Below, one piece after another: positions 23,701 through 34,197 of a DNA stretch of 64,000 bases. Position numbers and translations under genes: made by a program. The stretch's first letter is position 1; the number at the start of each line of letters is the position of its first letter. Under the pieces are notes generated by a model. The model was not told the origin of the DNA. It was given only the letters and a program-made list of their open reading frames with translations, and did not search any database. The stretch is from Macrostomum lignano (taxonomy: Eukaryota). The stretch covers positions 124,001 to 188,000 of the forward strand of contig NIVC01001783.1 in assembly GCA_002269645.1 (NCBI GenBank), written 5' to 3'.

Positions 23701-26700
23701 TACAGTGCCGCCAGCAGGTTGTGCCATTCCGGCGTAGCAGCAGCGAGTTGCCGGCCACCCGCTGGGCCGTCCAGGCACCGCTCCCGAACGGCGTCTGCGT
23801 CTTGCTGGCACCGACCCGCCGTCGTAGCACTGAGTCGCCGACTTGGACGTCGTGCCGCCGTGGTCGCCTTTTTGCATCCACGTGCTGCTTCATCGCCGCC
23901 TTGGCGCCGGCGTCCGCGTCTCTCAGCCGCTGCTCGTTGATGCGGACTCGCTGGGACGGCCGGGCGGCGAAAATGACGTCGTTTGGCCGCCGGCCCATCG
24001 GCAGCTCGCTGGTGCGCGCCCGGTGGCCGTGTGCGGCGAGTTCCTGCAGGCCAGCAGCCACTCGTCCAGAGCAGCCCTCCAGTCCCGCCGCTCCTCGATG
24101 GCTGCGCGCACGACTTTGTTGATGGAGCGGTTTAGCCGCTCTGTCATGCCGTTGGCCGCTGGGTAGTAGGGAGTGATGAGGCGGTGCTTGATCCCGTAGC
24201 TCGACAGGAACCGGCCGAACTCCTTGGACGAGAAGGGCGGTCCATTGTCCGTCACGAGCTCCTGCGGGATCCCGAAGCGAGCGAACATCTCTCGTACGCG
24301 GGGAATCAGTGCCTCAGCCGTCGTCGTCTGCATGAGCTGCACCTCCGGGAACCTCGAGTAGCGGTCCACACACACCAGCAGCATGTTGTTGTTGATGGGT
24401 CATACGAAATCGGCGCCGATCGACAGCCAGGCGCCCGCGGGGATCGGCGTCGGCTGCAGAGGCGTGGCCCGGACAGCTGGCGTGTGCGACGTGACGGCGC
24501 AGCTGCGGCATCGACTGACGAACTCCTCTGCTTGAGTTTCCATCCTCGGCCACCAGACCTTCGTGGCGAGCCTCGCGATCGTCTTCTGCGAGCACTGGTG
24601 TCCTTGGTGCGCCAGTTCGAGCATCTGGCTGCCGCAGCTCAGCTGGCACGACGATTCGCTGGTGCCGAAGGAGGACCCCGTCAACTGCAGACAGCTCCTC
24701 TCGCAGCGCGTGGAGCGAGCGCATCTCGGCGTTGGAGCGATCCCACCGGCCGCCTTGCGTCGCCGCTATCGCCGCCCGGATGACTGGGTCGCTGGCAGAG
24801 CTCTTGCGGATGTCCTCGAGCGTCAGCGCCATTGGCACAGCCGCCTGCGCCACCTCGTTGATGTAGGCCTCCCTCCGCTGTTCGCCAAAACTTCCTCCGT
24901 GTGCGCTTAGGGGCTGCCTGCTGAGTACGTCTGCAGCATTGGAGGCTCCCGGCTGGTACTCTACCTTGAACACTAGGTGCTGGATCCTCAGCGCCATTCG
25001 CTCGACTCGTGGAGGCGGCCGCGACCCAGGCGCGAACATGGCCGTCAGCGGCTTGTGATCGGAGACCAACTGTGAACTCGGGCCATTCATGCAGGTAGTA
25101 CTCGAACTTCAGGCAGCCGAACTTCACGGCGAGTGCCTCCTTCTCGGTTAGCGAGTATCGTGGCTCGACATCGGATAGGGTTCGGCTGGCGTATGCAACC
25201 GGCCTTGAGCTGCCGTCGCGCTGCTGGCGCCCAGTCCGATCGGCCCCGCGTCCACGATCAGCTGCGTGCGCAGCCGCTTGTCGTAGAAAGCCAGCGTTGT
25301 CGGCTCCGCGATGCTGCGCTTCAGCTGCTCAAAGGCGCTGGCCTGGTCGGCGCCCCACTGCCAGTCGACGGTCTTCCTGGTCAGGCGCCGCAGCGGCTCC
25401 GCCACCTTGGCCAGCTGTGGCGTGAACACGGCGAGGTAGTTCACGAGGCCTAGGAACGAAGAGCGAAGAGCGAAGCTGTCCAATCGTCTCGGGCTCCTTG
25501 AAGTCTTGAACGGCGGCGACCTTGCTTTCGGTGGCCTGGACTCCTTCCGCCGTGAGCCGCATTCCCATGAACTCGATGCTGCTGCACGCCAGTCGGCACT
25601 TCCGAGCGTTCAGCGTGATGCCGTGCTGCGCCAGGCGGGCCAGACATGCCTCGAGGCTGCTGTTGTGCTCCGCCATCGTGCGGCCGAACACGACCACGTC
25701 GTCGTGAATCCATTTGACGTTGAGCAGGCCTGCCAGCACTCGACTCATCACATTCTGCAGGATCTCCTGGGAGGTGGACAGGCCCATGCACAGCCGGGTG
25801 AGACGGCGAAGCCCGCGAGGCGTCGAGAATGTTAGCAGGTTGCGGCATTTCTCGTCCACAGGCACCTGGTAGAACGCCTTCGCGATGTCCAGCTCCGAGA
25901 ACACGGTGCTGCCGGCCATGTCCCCGGTCACCTCCTCGAAAGTCGGAGTCTGGTGCCGCTCGCGGATGACGTAGCGGTTGACATCGCGGAGGTCCTGCGT
26001 GATGCGCACCTCGCCCTGCTCCTTCTTGGGCACGATGACCATCCGCGCAACCCACGGCGCTGGACCGTCGACGGGCTCAATGATCCCGAGCTGCTCCAGC
26101 AGCTGCAGTTCCTTGTCCACCGTGCCTGCCAGGTGGATCGGCACCTTCGAAGGTGCGTGGCAGACCGGGCGGGCGCTGTCGGTGAGGTGAATGTCGACAG
26201 GCGGCCCGGTGAAGCAGCCGATGCCGTTGAACACGCTGGCGTACTTGCGCAGCACCCTGCCGATGTCCTCTACGTGTTCTTGAGGTACTCCGCTGGAACT
26301 CGTACCGCTGAGGAGGGTTTCGACCGCTGTCTCCGCTTCAGCGACCTGCAGCACCTGCTGGCCGGCAGTCGGTGGTGGTCCGACACGCAGGATGTCCATC
26401 TGAGTGGCTGTCTGCCTGCCGATGATGGTGATGCCTCTCCCTTCGACGACGTGGAACGTGGCGACTGCCTGCCGACCGAAAATGCGGACGGCCATTGCCA
26501 CCTTGCCCAGCAGATGCATCGGCCGGTCCGACCCGTACGCGAACAGCCTGTCCGAGGTGGTCTGCAGGTGCGGCCGCTGTTTCAGACTCTCGAACGTAGC
26601 CCGGTTGATCACATTTCGAGCCGCGCCGCTGTCAATCAACACCGAGAGTCTGGAGCCGTTGATCTCGGCTACTGTGTGGGCCGACTGCTCACCCTGGTCG

Positions 26701-28733
26701 ACCTCGAACACGCCGGAGTCCGGGTCGTCCACCTTCTGGTAGCTTGTCTCGCCTTGCAGCGTTGCGACGGCGTTGGCGCCGCTCTGCGGGGCGTCCTGCC
26801 TGGACCTGCAGGCTTGTGCGAAGTGGCCCGGCTTCCCGCACTTTCTGCAGCTCTTGCCCTGCGCTGCGGTGCACGTGGGGTGCCCCGATCTGCCGCAGCG
26901 ATCGCAGGATACGCGCCGCGTCGGTGCCTGCGGTCTTGGCGGCTGACTGTCTCTTCTGACTGCTGCGAGCTGCTGCGGTTCCCCTGGTCTGTCGCTCTCC
27001 ATCGCGGTGGCCTGCTGCTCCGCGGCTTCTTTCGCCCTCGCCCTTTTGAGCACATCTTCCAGGGAGATGTTGTTGGTCTGCAAGAAGTCTCTCCTAAGTC
27101 TCTCAGATTCGCAGTAGGCGACGATTTTGTCACGGATCAGCGAGTCTCTGAGGGTGCCGAACTCACACGGCTCCGCCGCCTTGCGCAGACGCTGATACCA
27201 CTGGTCGATCGGCTCGCCAGGCTGCTGTCTGGAGGTCTCAAACTTGAAACGCAGGAACACAATGTTATTCTTTCCGTCCCGGTACGCCTGGATGTTTTCC
27301 GCGAGGCTGTTGTGGTCCTCTCCAGAGACAATCTCGTTCTCTTCGACAACAGCCTGCAGCTCCTCTCCTGCGGCGTACAGCAGCAGCTGCTGCCCTTGAA
27401 CCTTGTCAGTAATTCCAGCTGCATTGATGTACGTGGCGAAGCGACGAGTCCATGCAGTCCAGCGCTGTGCAGTGGAGTGGCAATCGCTATCGATTGTAAA
27501 CGGGCCGGGTGGCGTGAGTGTGATTTGCTGAGTCATGATTTTAAGGGTTCGGTTCTTGCGACGCCATTGTAGTAACTGGGACAGAGGCCGTGTTTGCTGT
27601 GTAGCCGAAACTCTTTCACTCTCGCCGCGCTGGGCACACGTCTATATATTTAGAGCTAGAATTGGGGTGGCGGCACCCACCCCGCTCTGCAGCCAATCAG
27701 ACCGCCCGGGCGTACACGTTGGGCTAAGATACCGTGCGTACGCACACTACACACCTGGGAGCTAAATTTACAGTACGTTGTCCCTGGGAGCTAAATTCAG
27801 ATTGTCCCTGGGAGCTAAATTTAGGTTGTCCCTGGGAGCTAAATTCAGATTGTCCCTGGGAGCTAAATTAAGGTTGTCCCTGGGAGCTAAATTCAGATTG
27901 TCCCTGGGAGCTAAATTAAGGTTGTCACTGGGAGCTAAATTCAGATTGTCCCTGGGAGCTAAATTCAGATTGTCCCTGGGAGCTAAATTCAGATTGTCCC
28001 TGGGAGCTAAATTAAGGTTGTCCCTGGGAGCTAAATTCAGGTTGGTCACTGGGAGCTAAAACCAGGAATTGTCACTGGGAGCTAAGACCAGGTTGTCACT
28101 GCTTTTATAAATCCAGGACACACGACTTGAAGGTCAAGGGTTCGATTCCCGATCCCACTGTAACAAATAATTTTTGTCCTTGAGCAAGAAACTTTACTCT
28201 GCATTGCTTCAGTTCACCCAGCTGTAAAATGGGTGCCAGCATTAGCTGGGGTAACTGAGGCTGTGTGGCGACTCCCCCCCCCCAGTCCTTGGACTGAGCA
28301 GATTGTCAACCCCCTTCTCAAAAGCCTCAATCCACCCGGCAAACCCGCGGCAGACATCTGCATCCGGCTGAAGCGCCATCTGCCAGACGGCAGATCTGAG
28401 CTCAAGCAGTCCTCAATGCGACTCAGCAACCCAAACGGCTCTGCGCGCCTTAACGAATCTTTTCAATTCCGGCTGACTCGCGACCAGCTCAAGGACTTCC
28501 AGCTCGGCCTGGCCGTCGCCAGCGCAGCCGCCACCGCCGCGGCAATTGGCGGCGGATTCAACAGCGCCGCCGAGTTCAAAACCGTCGGCTGGGTGAACAT
28601 CGACATCGTCGGCGGTGGCGGCTGCGACCCGGACGGAGCGGAGATGCTGCGAGAAGCGGTGACGGGACTGGCGGTCAGGAAGGCCGCCGCGGTCAGCACT
28701 TGGCTGATTGTCAACCCCGGATTGCCCGACTGA
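17718..28733 (+). CDS. Tandem C2-domain (synaptotagmin-like, probably Ca2+-independent) protein, ~383 aa
   Basis: Exons 17718-18149, 20261-20576, 22877-22900 (microexon) and 28354-28733 total 1152 nt in frame. C2A: GRLWFRVRF...LEVVVLKARNL...NPDVNETFLFD. C2B: GLLHLSCAY...RLVITL...LNESFQF. No TM segment is visible, and most Ca-binding Asp residues are absent. Confidence 0.8.
18321..18500 (+). mobile_element. tRNA-derived SINE family 2
   Basis: A-box-like GTAGTCCAGTGG and GCTCGATTCCAAGTG. Its 3' part (GTGAAGTGTACATGCCTA...AGGGCTGCTGTACACTCC) matches 43368-43585 on the minus strand. Confidence 0.65.
19545..20250. repeat. Pentamer microsatellite (CCAAT/CCAAC)n
   Basis: About 140 units ending about 10 nt before acceptor 20259-20260. 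Source of the WIGLD ORFs. Confidence 0.97.
20690..22040. repeat. 12-bp telomere-like minisatellite (AAAACCCTAATC)n, split by a Gypsy fragment
   Basis: Blocks 20690-20874 and 21823-22040 each contain CCCTAA per unit and flank the element at 20875-21822. Confidence 0.9.
20875..21822 (-). mobile_element. 5'-truncated Ty3/Gypsy: integrase C-terminus + PPT + 3' LTR
   Basis: LTR 20875-21077 (TG...CA) and PPT AAGGGGAAAGA 21078-21088. Integrase tail ITERINRSLNKQLR...WLAAYRSTPHTATGVAPADLMFGR (21191-21820) is related to, but distinct from, the 23125-27751 element. Confidence 0.9.
23125..27751 (-). mobile_element. Full-length Ty3/Gypsy LTR retrotransposon (Mag-like), frameshifted pol, antisense in C2-gene intron
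   Basis: LTRs 23125-23306 and 27568-27751 differ by 1 substitution and a 2-nt indel. PBS TGGCGTCGCAAG 27566-27555; PPT 23307-23318. Domain order: Gag (two zinc knuckles), PR (LIDSGA), RT (IHDD), RNase H, IN (HHCC, DDE). Confidence 0.96.
23534..27536 (-). pseudogene. gag-pol polyprotein of Gypsy element 1, about six frameshifts after RT
   Basis: 735-aa ORF 27536-25329, then RNase H and IN pieces in ORFs 25148-25483, 24681-25127, 24314-25090, 24400-24684, 23923-24384 and 23534-24061. Confidence 0.9.
27752..28101. repeat. 24-bp minisatellite (CTGGGAGCTAAATTCAGATTGTCC)n
   Basis: About 14 copies. One further unit lies on the other side of the Gypsy element at about 23096-23124. Confidence 0.95.
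28118..28300 (+). mobile_element. SINE family 1, truncated copy
   Basis: B-box GGTTCGATTCCC and core TGTCCTTGAGCAAG...CAGCTGTAAAATGGGTGCCAGCATTAGCTGGGG, as in the other copies. Confidence 0.8.
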
Positions 28734-28752
28734 ATTGGGGTCGCTGAGTTGA

Positions 28753-29927
28753 AGTGAATGTCAGATGGCGCCAAAGTGAATGTCAAATGGCGCCAAATTG
28801 AATGTCAAATGGCGTCAAATTGAATGTCAGATGGCGCCAAATTGAATGTCAAATGGCGTCAAATTGAATGTCAAATGGTGCCAAATTGAATGTCAAATGG
28901 CGTCAAATTGAATGTCAAATGGTGCCAAATTGAATGTCAAATGGCGCCAAATTGAATGTCAAATGGCGCCAAATTGAATGTCAAATGGCGTCAAATTGAA
29001 TGTCAAATGGCGCCAAATTGAATGTCAAATGGCGTCGAATTGAATGTCAAGTGGCGCCAAATTGAATGTCAAGTGGCGTCAAATTGAATGTCAAATGGCG
29101 CCAAATTGAATGTCAAATGGCGTCAAATTGAATGTCAAATGGCGTCAAATTGAATGTCAAGTGGCGTCAAATTGAATGTCAAGTGGCGTCAAATTGAATG
29201 TCAAATGGCGTCGAATTGAATGTCAAATGGTGCCAAATTGAATGTCAAATGGCGCCAAATTGAATGTCAAATGGCGTCAAATTGAATGTCAAATGGCGCC
29301 AAATTGAATGTCAAATGGCGCCAAATTGAATGTCAAGTGGCGTCAAATTGAATGTCAACTGGCGTCAAATTGAATGTCAAATGGTGCCAAATTGAATGTC
29401 AAATGGCGCCAAATTGAATGTCAAATGGCGTCAAATTGAATGTCAAATGGTGCCAAATTGAATGTCAAGTGGCGCCAAATTGAATGTCAAGTGGCGTCAA
29501 ATTGAATGTCAAATGGCGCCAAATTGAATGTCAAATGGCGTCAAATTGAATGTCAAGTGGCGTCAAATTGAATGTCAAATGGCGCCAAATTGAATGTCAA
29601 ATGGCGTCAAATTGAATGTCAAATGGTGCCAAATTGAATGTCAAGTGGCGCCAAATTGAATGTCAAGTGGCGTCAAATTGAATGTCAAATGGCGCCAAAT
29701 TGAATGTCAAATGGCGTCAAATTGAATGTCAAGTGGCGTCAAATTGAATGTCAAATGGCGTCAAATTGAATGTCAAATGGCGTCAAATTGAATGTCAAAT
29801 GGTGCCAAATTGAATGTCAAATGGCGTCAAATTGAATGTCAAGTGGCGTCAAATTGAATGTCAAATGGTGCCAAATTGAATGTCAAGTGGCGCCAAATTG
29901 AATGTCAGATGGCGCCAAATTGAATGT
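28753..29927. repeat. 22-bp minisatellite (ATGGCG(C/T)CAAATTGAATGTCAA)n
   Basis: About 53 copies, starting about 20 nt after the C2-gene stop codon. Confidence 0.97.
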
Positions 29928-30959
29928 GTAATTAATACTGAATTGTTAAATCATGCACAATAGACCTAAATAACTTACTACTGTAGACAGTATCGTTTGT
30001 TTCCAGCCGCAATGTCATTAAAAATAAGTAAGTAAAGAAGTCGCCGTACCATAAACCATCATTATTTTGAAACAACGAAGCCGATTAAAACAACACTGCA
30101 CGAACGGTTTAATATAATTATTAATTTTATTGTAGAATTGTTCAAAACACACAGCTTAGATATTAGATTAGGAATAATAACTATATAAAGCATTTATGCA
30201 TCAAAACTTTAACATAGGCATAAACTAGGTGGCAGCGGACTCAGCACTGACTAGACAAATTATTCAAACTGCAGCTGCAAAGCGCAAAAGCATTTTATTT
30301 TAGCCGCAGTATCAGAGCCAATACTTTTGATTGCCTGTTTGTTACATTGTACGTACGTATTTTGTCAGAAATGTGTGACAAAATTAAAAAATAAATTAAC
30401 TAATTTGCACGAGACATGCTACTTAAACACGATGACAATAGTAGCATAGTAAGCAATAGGCTATAATTATATAAATAAATTGATAATTTGAAAATAAATC
30501 AAGCAAAATAAAAAGCTACACATGGGGACTAGCTATTTACACGCACATGTCTCGTAAAAGCCTAATCTTGTATGGGAAAATTATCACACAATTCTCCCTA
30601 AAAAAGTCATATTGCTGCACAATACTACGAGTAGTAAGATCTACTGCAAATCAAAGGATGAAAAAAATTGTGTGAACGTTGAAACGTTAAATTTTATTTA
30701 CGATTTCGAACAAAATATCAGCAACAAAACGCGCAACATGCTACTGTAACGATACAAGCAGCTAAGTAGCTTAGAATAGATAAAAATAAATGTATTGCAA
30801 GCATAATAATGTGTAGGATTGCAAAGACGATTGAATATGCAAGCGTTTGATCAAAGAATGAAGTGTAAACCAAATTTATATCGACAAAAATCGTAGATAC
30901 AAGACTAAACACGCCATTAGGAAGCTATGAAGGTGAAATATGATTAATTAAAATGTGAG

Positions 30960-33900
30960 GATTTGGGATGAGGATTATTGGGATCAGTGGTCGAGGATGA
31001 GAAGCAGGGGATTACTGGGATCATGAGTGGGGATTAATGGGATCAGAAGTTCGAGATGAGAATCTGGGAATTAATGGGATCAGGAGTTGGGGATTATTGG
31101 GATCAGAAGTTCGAGATGAGAATCTGGGGATTACTGGGATCATGAGTGGGGATTAATGGGATCAGAAGTTCGAGATGAGAATCTGGGAATTAATGGGATC
31201 AGGAGTTGGAGATTATTGGGATCAGAAGTTCGAGATGAGAATCTGGGGATTAATGGGATCAGGAGTGAGTGATGATAATCTGAAGATTAATGGGATCAGG
31301 AGTGAGGGATTAATGGGATCAGAAGTTCGAGATGAGAATCTGGGGATTATGGGATCAGGAGTCAGGGATGAGAATCTGGGGATTAATGGGATCAGGAGTG
31401 AGGGATTAATGGGATCAAGAGTCCGGGATTGGAATCTGGGGATTAATGGAATCAGGAGTGAGGGATGAGAATCTGGGGTTTAATGGGATCAAGAGTCCGG
31501 GATGAGAATCTGGGGATTAATGGGATCAGGAGTGAGGGATTAATGGGATCAGAATTTCGAGATGAGAATCTGGGGATTATGGGATCAGGAGTCGGGGATG
31601 AGAATCTGGGGATTAATGGGATCAGGAGTGGGGGATGAGAATCCGGGGATTAATGGGATCAGAAATTGGGGATGAAAATCTGGGGATCAATGGGATCAGC
31701 AGTCGGGGATGAAAATCTGGGGAACAATGGGATCAGCAGTCGGGGATGAGAATCCGGGGATTAATGGGATCAGGAGTCGGGGATGAGAAACCGGGGATTA
31801 ATGGGATCAGGAGTCGGGGATGAGAATCCGGGGATTAATGGGATCAGGAGTCGGGGATGAAAATCTGGGGATCAATGGGATCAGCAGTCGGGGATGAAAA
31901 TCTGGGGAACAATGGGATCAGCAGTCGGGGATGAAAATCTGGGGAACAATGGGATCAGCAGTCGGGGATGAGAATCCGGGGATTAATGGGATCAGCAGTC
32001 GGGGATGAGAATCCGGGGATTAATGGGATCAGGAGTCGGGGATGAAAATCTGGGGAACAATGGGATCAGCAGTCGGGGATGAGAATCCGGGGATTAATGG
32101 GATCAGGAGTCGGGGATGAAAATCTGGGGATCAATGGGATCAGCAGTCGGGGATGAAAATCTGGGGAACAATGGGATCAGCAGTCGGGGATGAGAATCCG
32201 GGGATTAATGGGATCAGGAGTCGGGGATGAGAATCTGGGGATTAATGGGATCAGGAGTCGGGGATGAAAATCTGGGGATCAATGGGATCAGCAGTCGGGG
32301 ATGAAAATCTGGGGAACAATGGGATCAGCAGTCGGGGATGAAAATCTGGGGAACAATGGGATCAGCAGTCGGGGATGAGAATCCGGGGATTAATGGGATC
32401 AGGAGTCGGGGATGAGAAACCGGGGATTAATGGGATCAGGAGTCGGGGATGAGAATCCGGGGATTAATGGGATCAGGAGTCGGGGATGAAAATCTGGGGA
32501 TCAATGGGATCAGCAGTCGGGGATGAAAATCTGGGGAACAATGGGATCAGCAGTCGGGGATGAAAATCTGGGGAACAATGGGATCAGCAGTCGGGGATGA
32601 GAATCCGGGGATTAATGGGATCAGCAGTCGGGGATGAGAATCCGGGGATTAATGGGATCAGGAGTCGGGGATGAAAATCTGGGGAACAATGGGATCAGCA
32701 GTCGGGGATGAGAATCCGGGGATTAATGGGATCAGGAGTCGGGGATGAAAATCTGGGGATCAATGGGATCAGCAGTCGGGGATGAAAATCTGGGGAACAA
32801 TGGGATCAGCAGTCGGGGATGAAAATCTGGGGAACAATGGGATCAGCAGTCGGGGATGAGAATCCGGGGATTAATGGGATCAGCAGTCGGGATGAGAATC
32901 CGGGGATTAATGGGATCAGGAGTCGGGGATGAAAATCTGGGGAACAATGGGATCAGCAGTCGGGGATGAGAATCCGGGGATTAATGGGATCAGGAGTCGG
33001 GGATGAGAATCTGGGGATTAATGGGATCAGGAGTCGGGGATGAAAATCCGGGGATTAATGGGATCAGAAATTGGGGATGAAAATCTGGGGATCAATGGGA
33101 TCAGCAGTCGGGGATGAAAATCTGGGGAACAATGGGATCAGCAGTCGGGGATGAGAATCCGGGGATTAATGGGATCAGGAGTCGGGGATGAGAAACCGGG
33201 GATTAATGGGATCAGGAGTCGGGGATGAGAATCCGGGGATTAATGGGATCAGGAGTCGGGGATGAAAATCTGGGGATCAATGGATCAGCAGTCGGGATGA
33301 AAATCTGGGGAACAATGGGATCAGCAGTCGGGGATGAAAATCTGGGGAACAATGGGATCAGCAGTCGGGGATGAGAATCCGGGGATTAATGGGATCAGCA
33401 GTCGGGGATGAGAATCCAGGGATTAATGGGATCAGGAGTCGGGATGAAAATCTGGGGAACAATGGGATCAGCAGTCGGGGATGAGAATCCGGGGATTAAT
33501 GGGATCAGGAGTCGGGGATGAAAATCTGGGGATCAATGGGATCAGCAGTCGGGGATGAAAATCTGGGGAACAATGGGATCAGCAGTCGGGGATGAGAATC
33601 CGGGGATTAATGGGATCAGGAGTCGGGGATGAGAATCTGGGGATTAATGGGATCAGGAGTCGGGGATGAAAATCTGGGGATCAATGGGATCAGCAGTCGG
33701 GGATGAAAATCTGGGGAACAATGGGATCAGCAGTCGGGGATGAAAATCTGGGGAACAATGGGATCAGCAGTCGGGGATGAGAATCCGGGGATTAATGGGA
33801 TCAGGAGTCGGGGATGAGAATCCGGGGATTAATGGGATCAGGAGTCGGGGATGAAAATCTGGGGAACAATGGGATCAGCAGTCGGGGATGAGAATCCGGG

Positions 33901-34176
33901 GATTAATGGGATCAGGAGTCGGGGATGAAAATCTGGGGAACAATGGGATCAGCAGTCGGGGATGAGAATCCGGGGATTAATGGGATCAGCAGTCGGGGAT
34001 GAGAATCCGGGGATTAATGGGATCAGGAGTCGGGGATGAAAATCTGGGGATCAATGGGATCAGCAGTCGGGGATGAAAATCTGGGGAACAATGGGATCAG
34101 CAGTCGGGGATGAGAATCCGGGGATTAATGGGATCAGGAGTCGGGGATGAGAATCTGGGGATTAATGGGATCAGCA
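30960..34176. repeat. 37-bp G-rich minisatellite (GGGGATGAGAATCCGGGGATTAATGGGATCAGGAGTC)n, ~3.2 kb
   Basis: Homogeneous from about 31600 and degenerate to the left. The GAGAAACC variant recurs at 31785, 32414 and 33190 (first spacing 629 = 17 units). Confidence 0.96.
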
Positions 34177-34197
34177 GCTGCATACTCAGCCAGCAGG

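Noticed and set aside
25690-25720. Non-canonical RT motif IHDD instead of YxDD
   Set aside because: Both catalytic Asp residues are intact, and I-x-DD variants are, to my knowledge, common in this group of invertebrate Gypsy elements.
25953-27572. 539-aa antisense ORF over gag-pol of element 1
   Set aside because: No recognisable domain. Long antisense ORFs are expected opposite GC-rich coding sequence.
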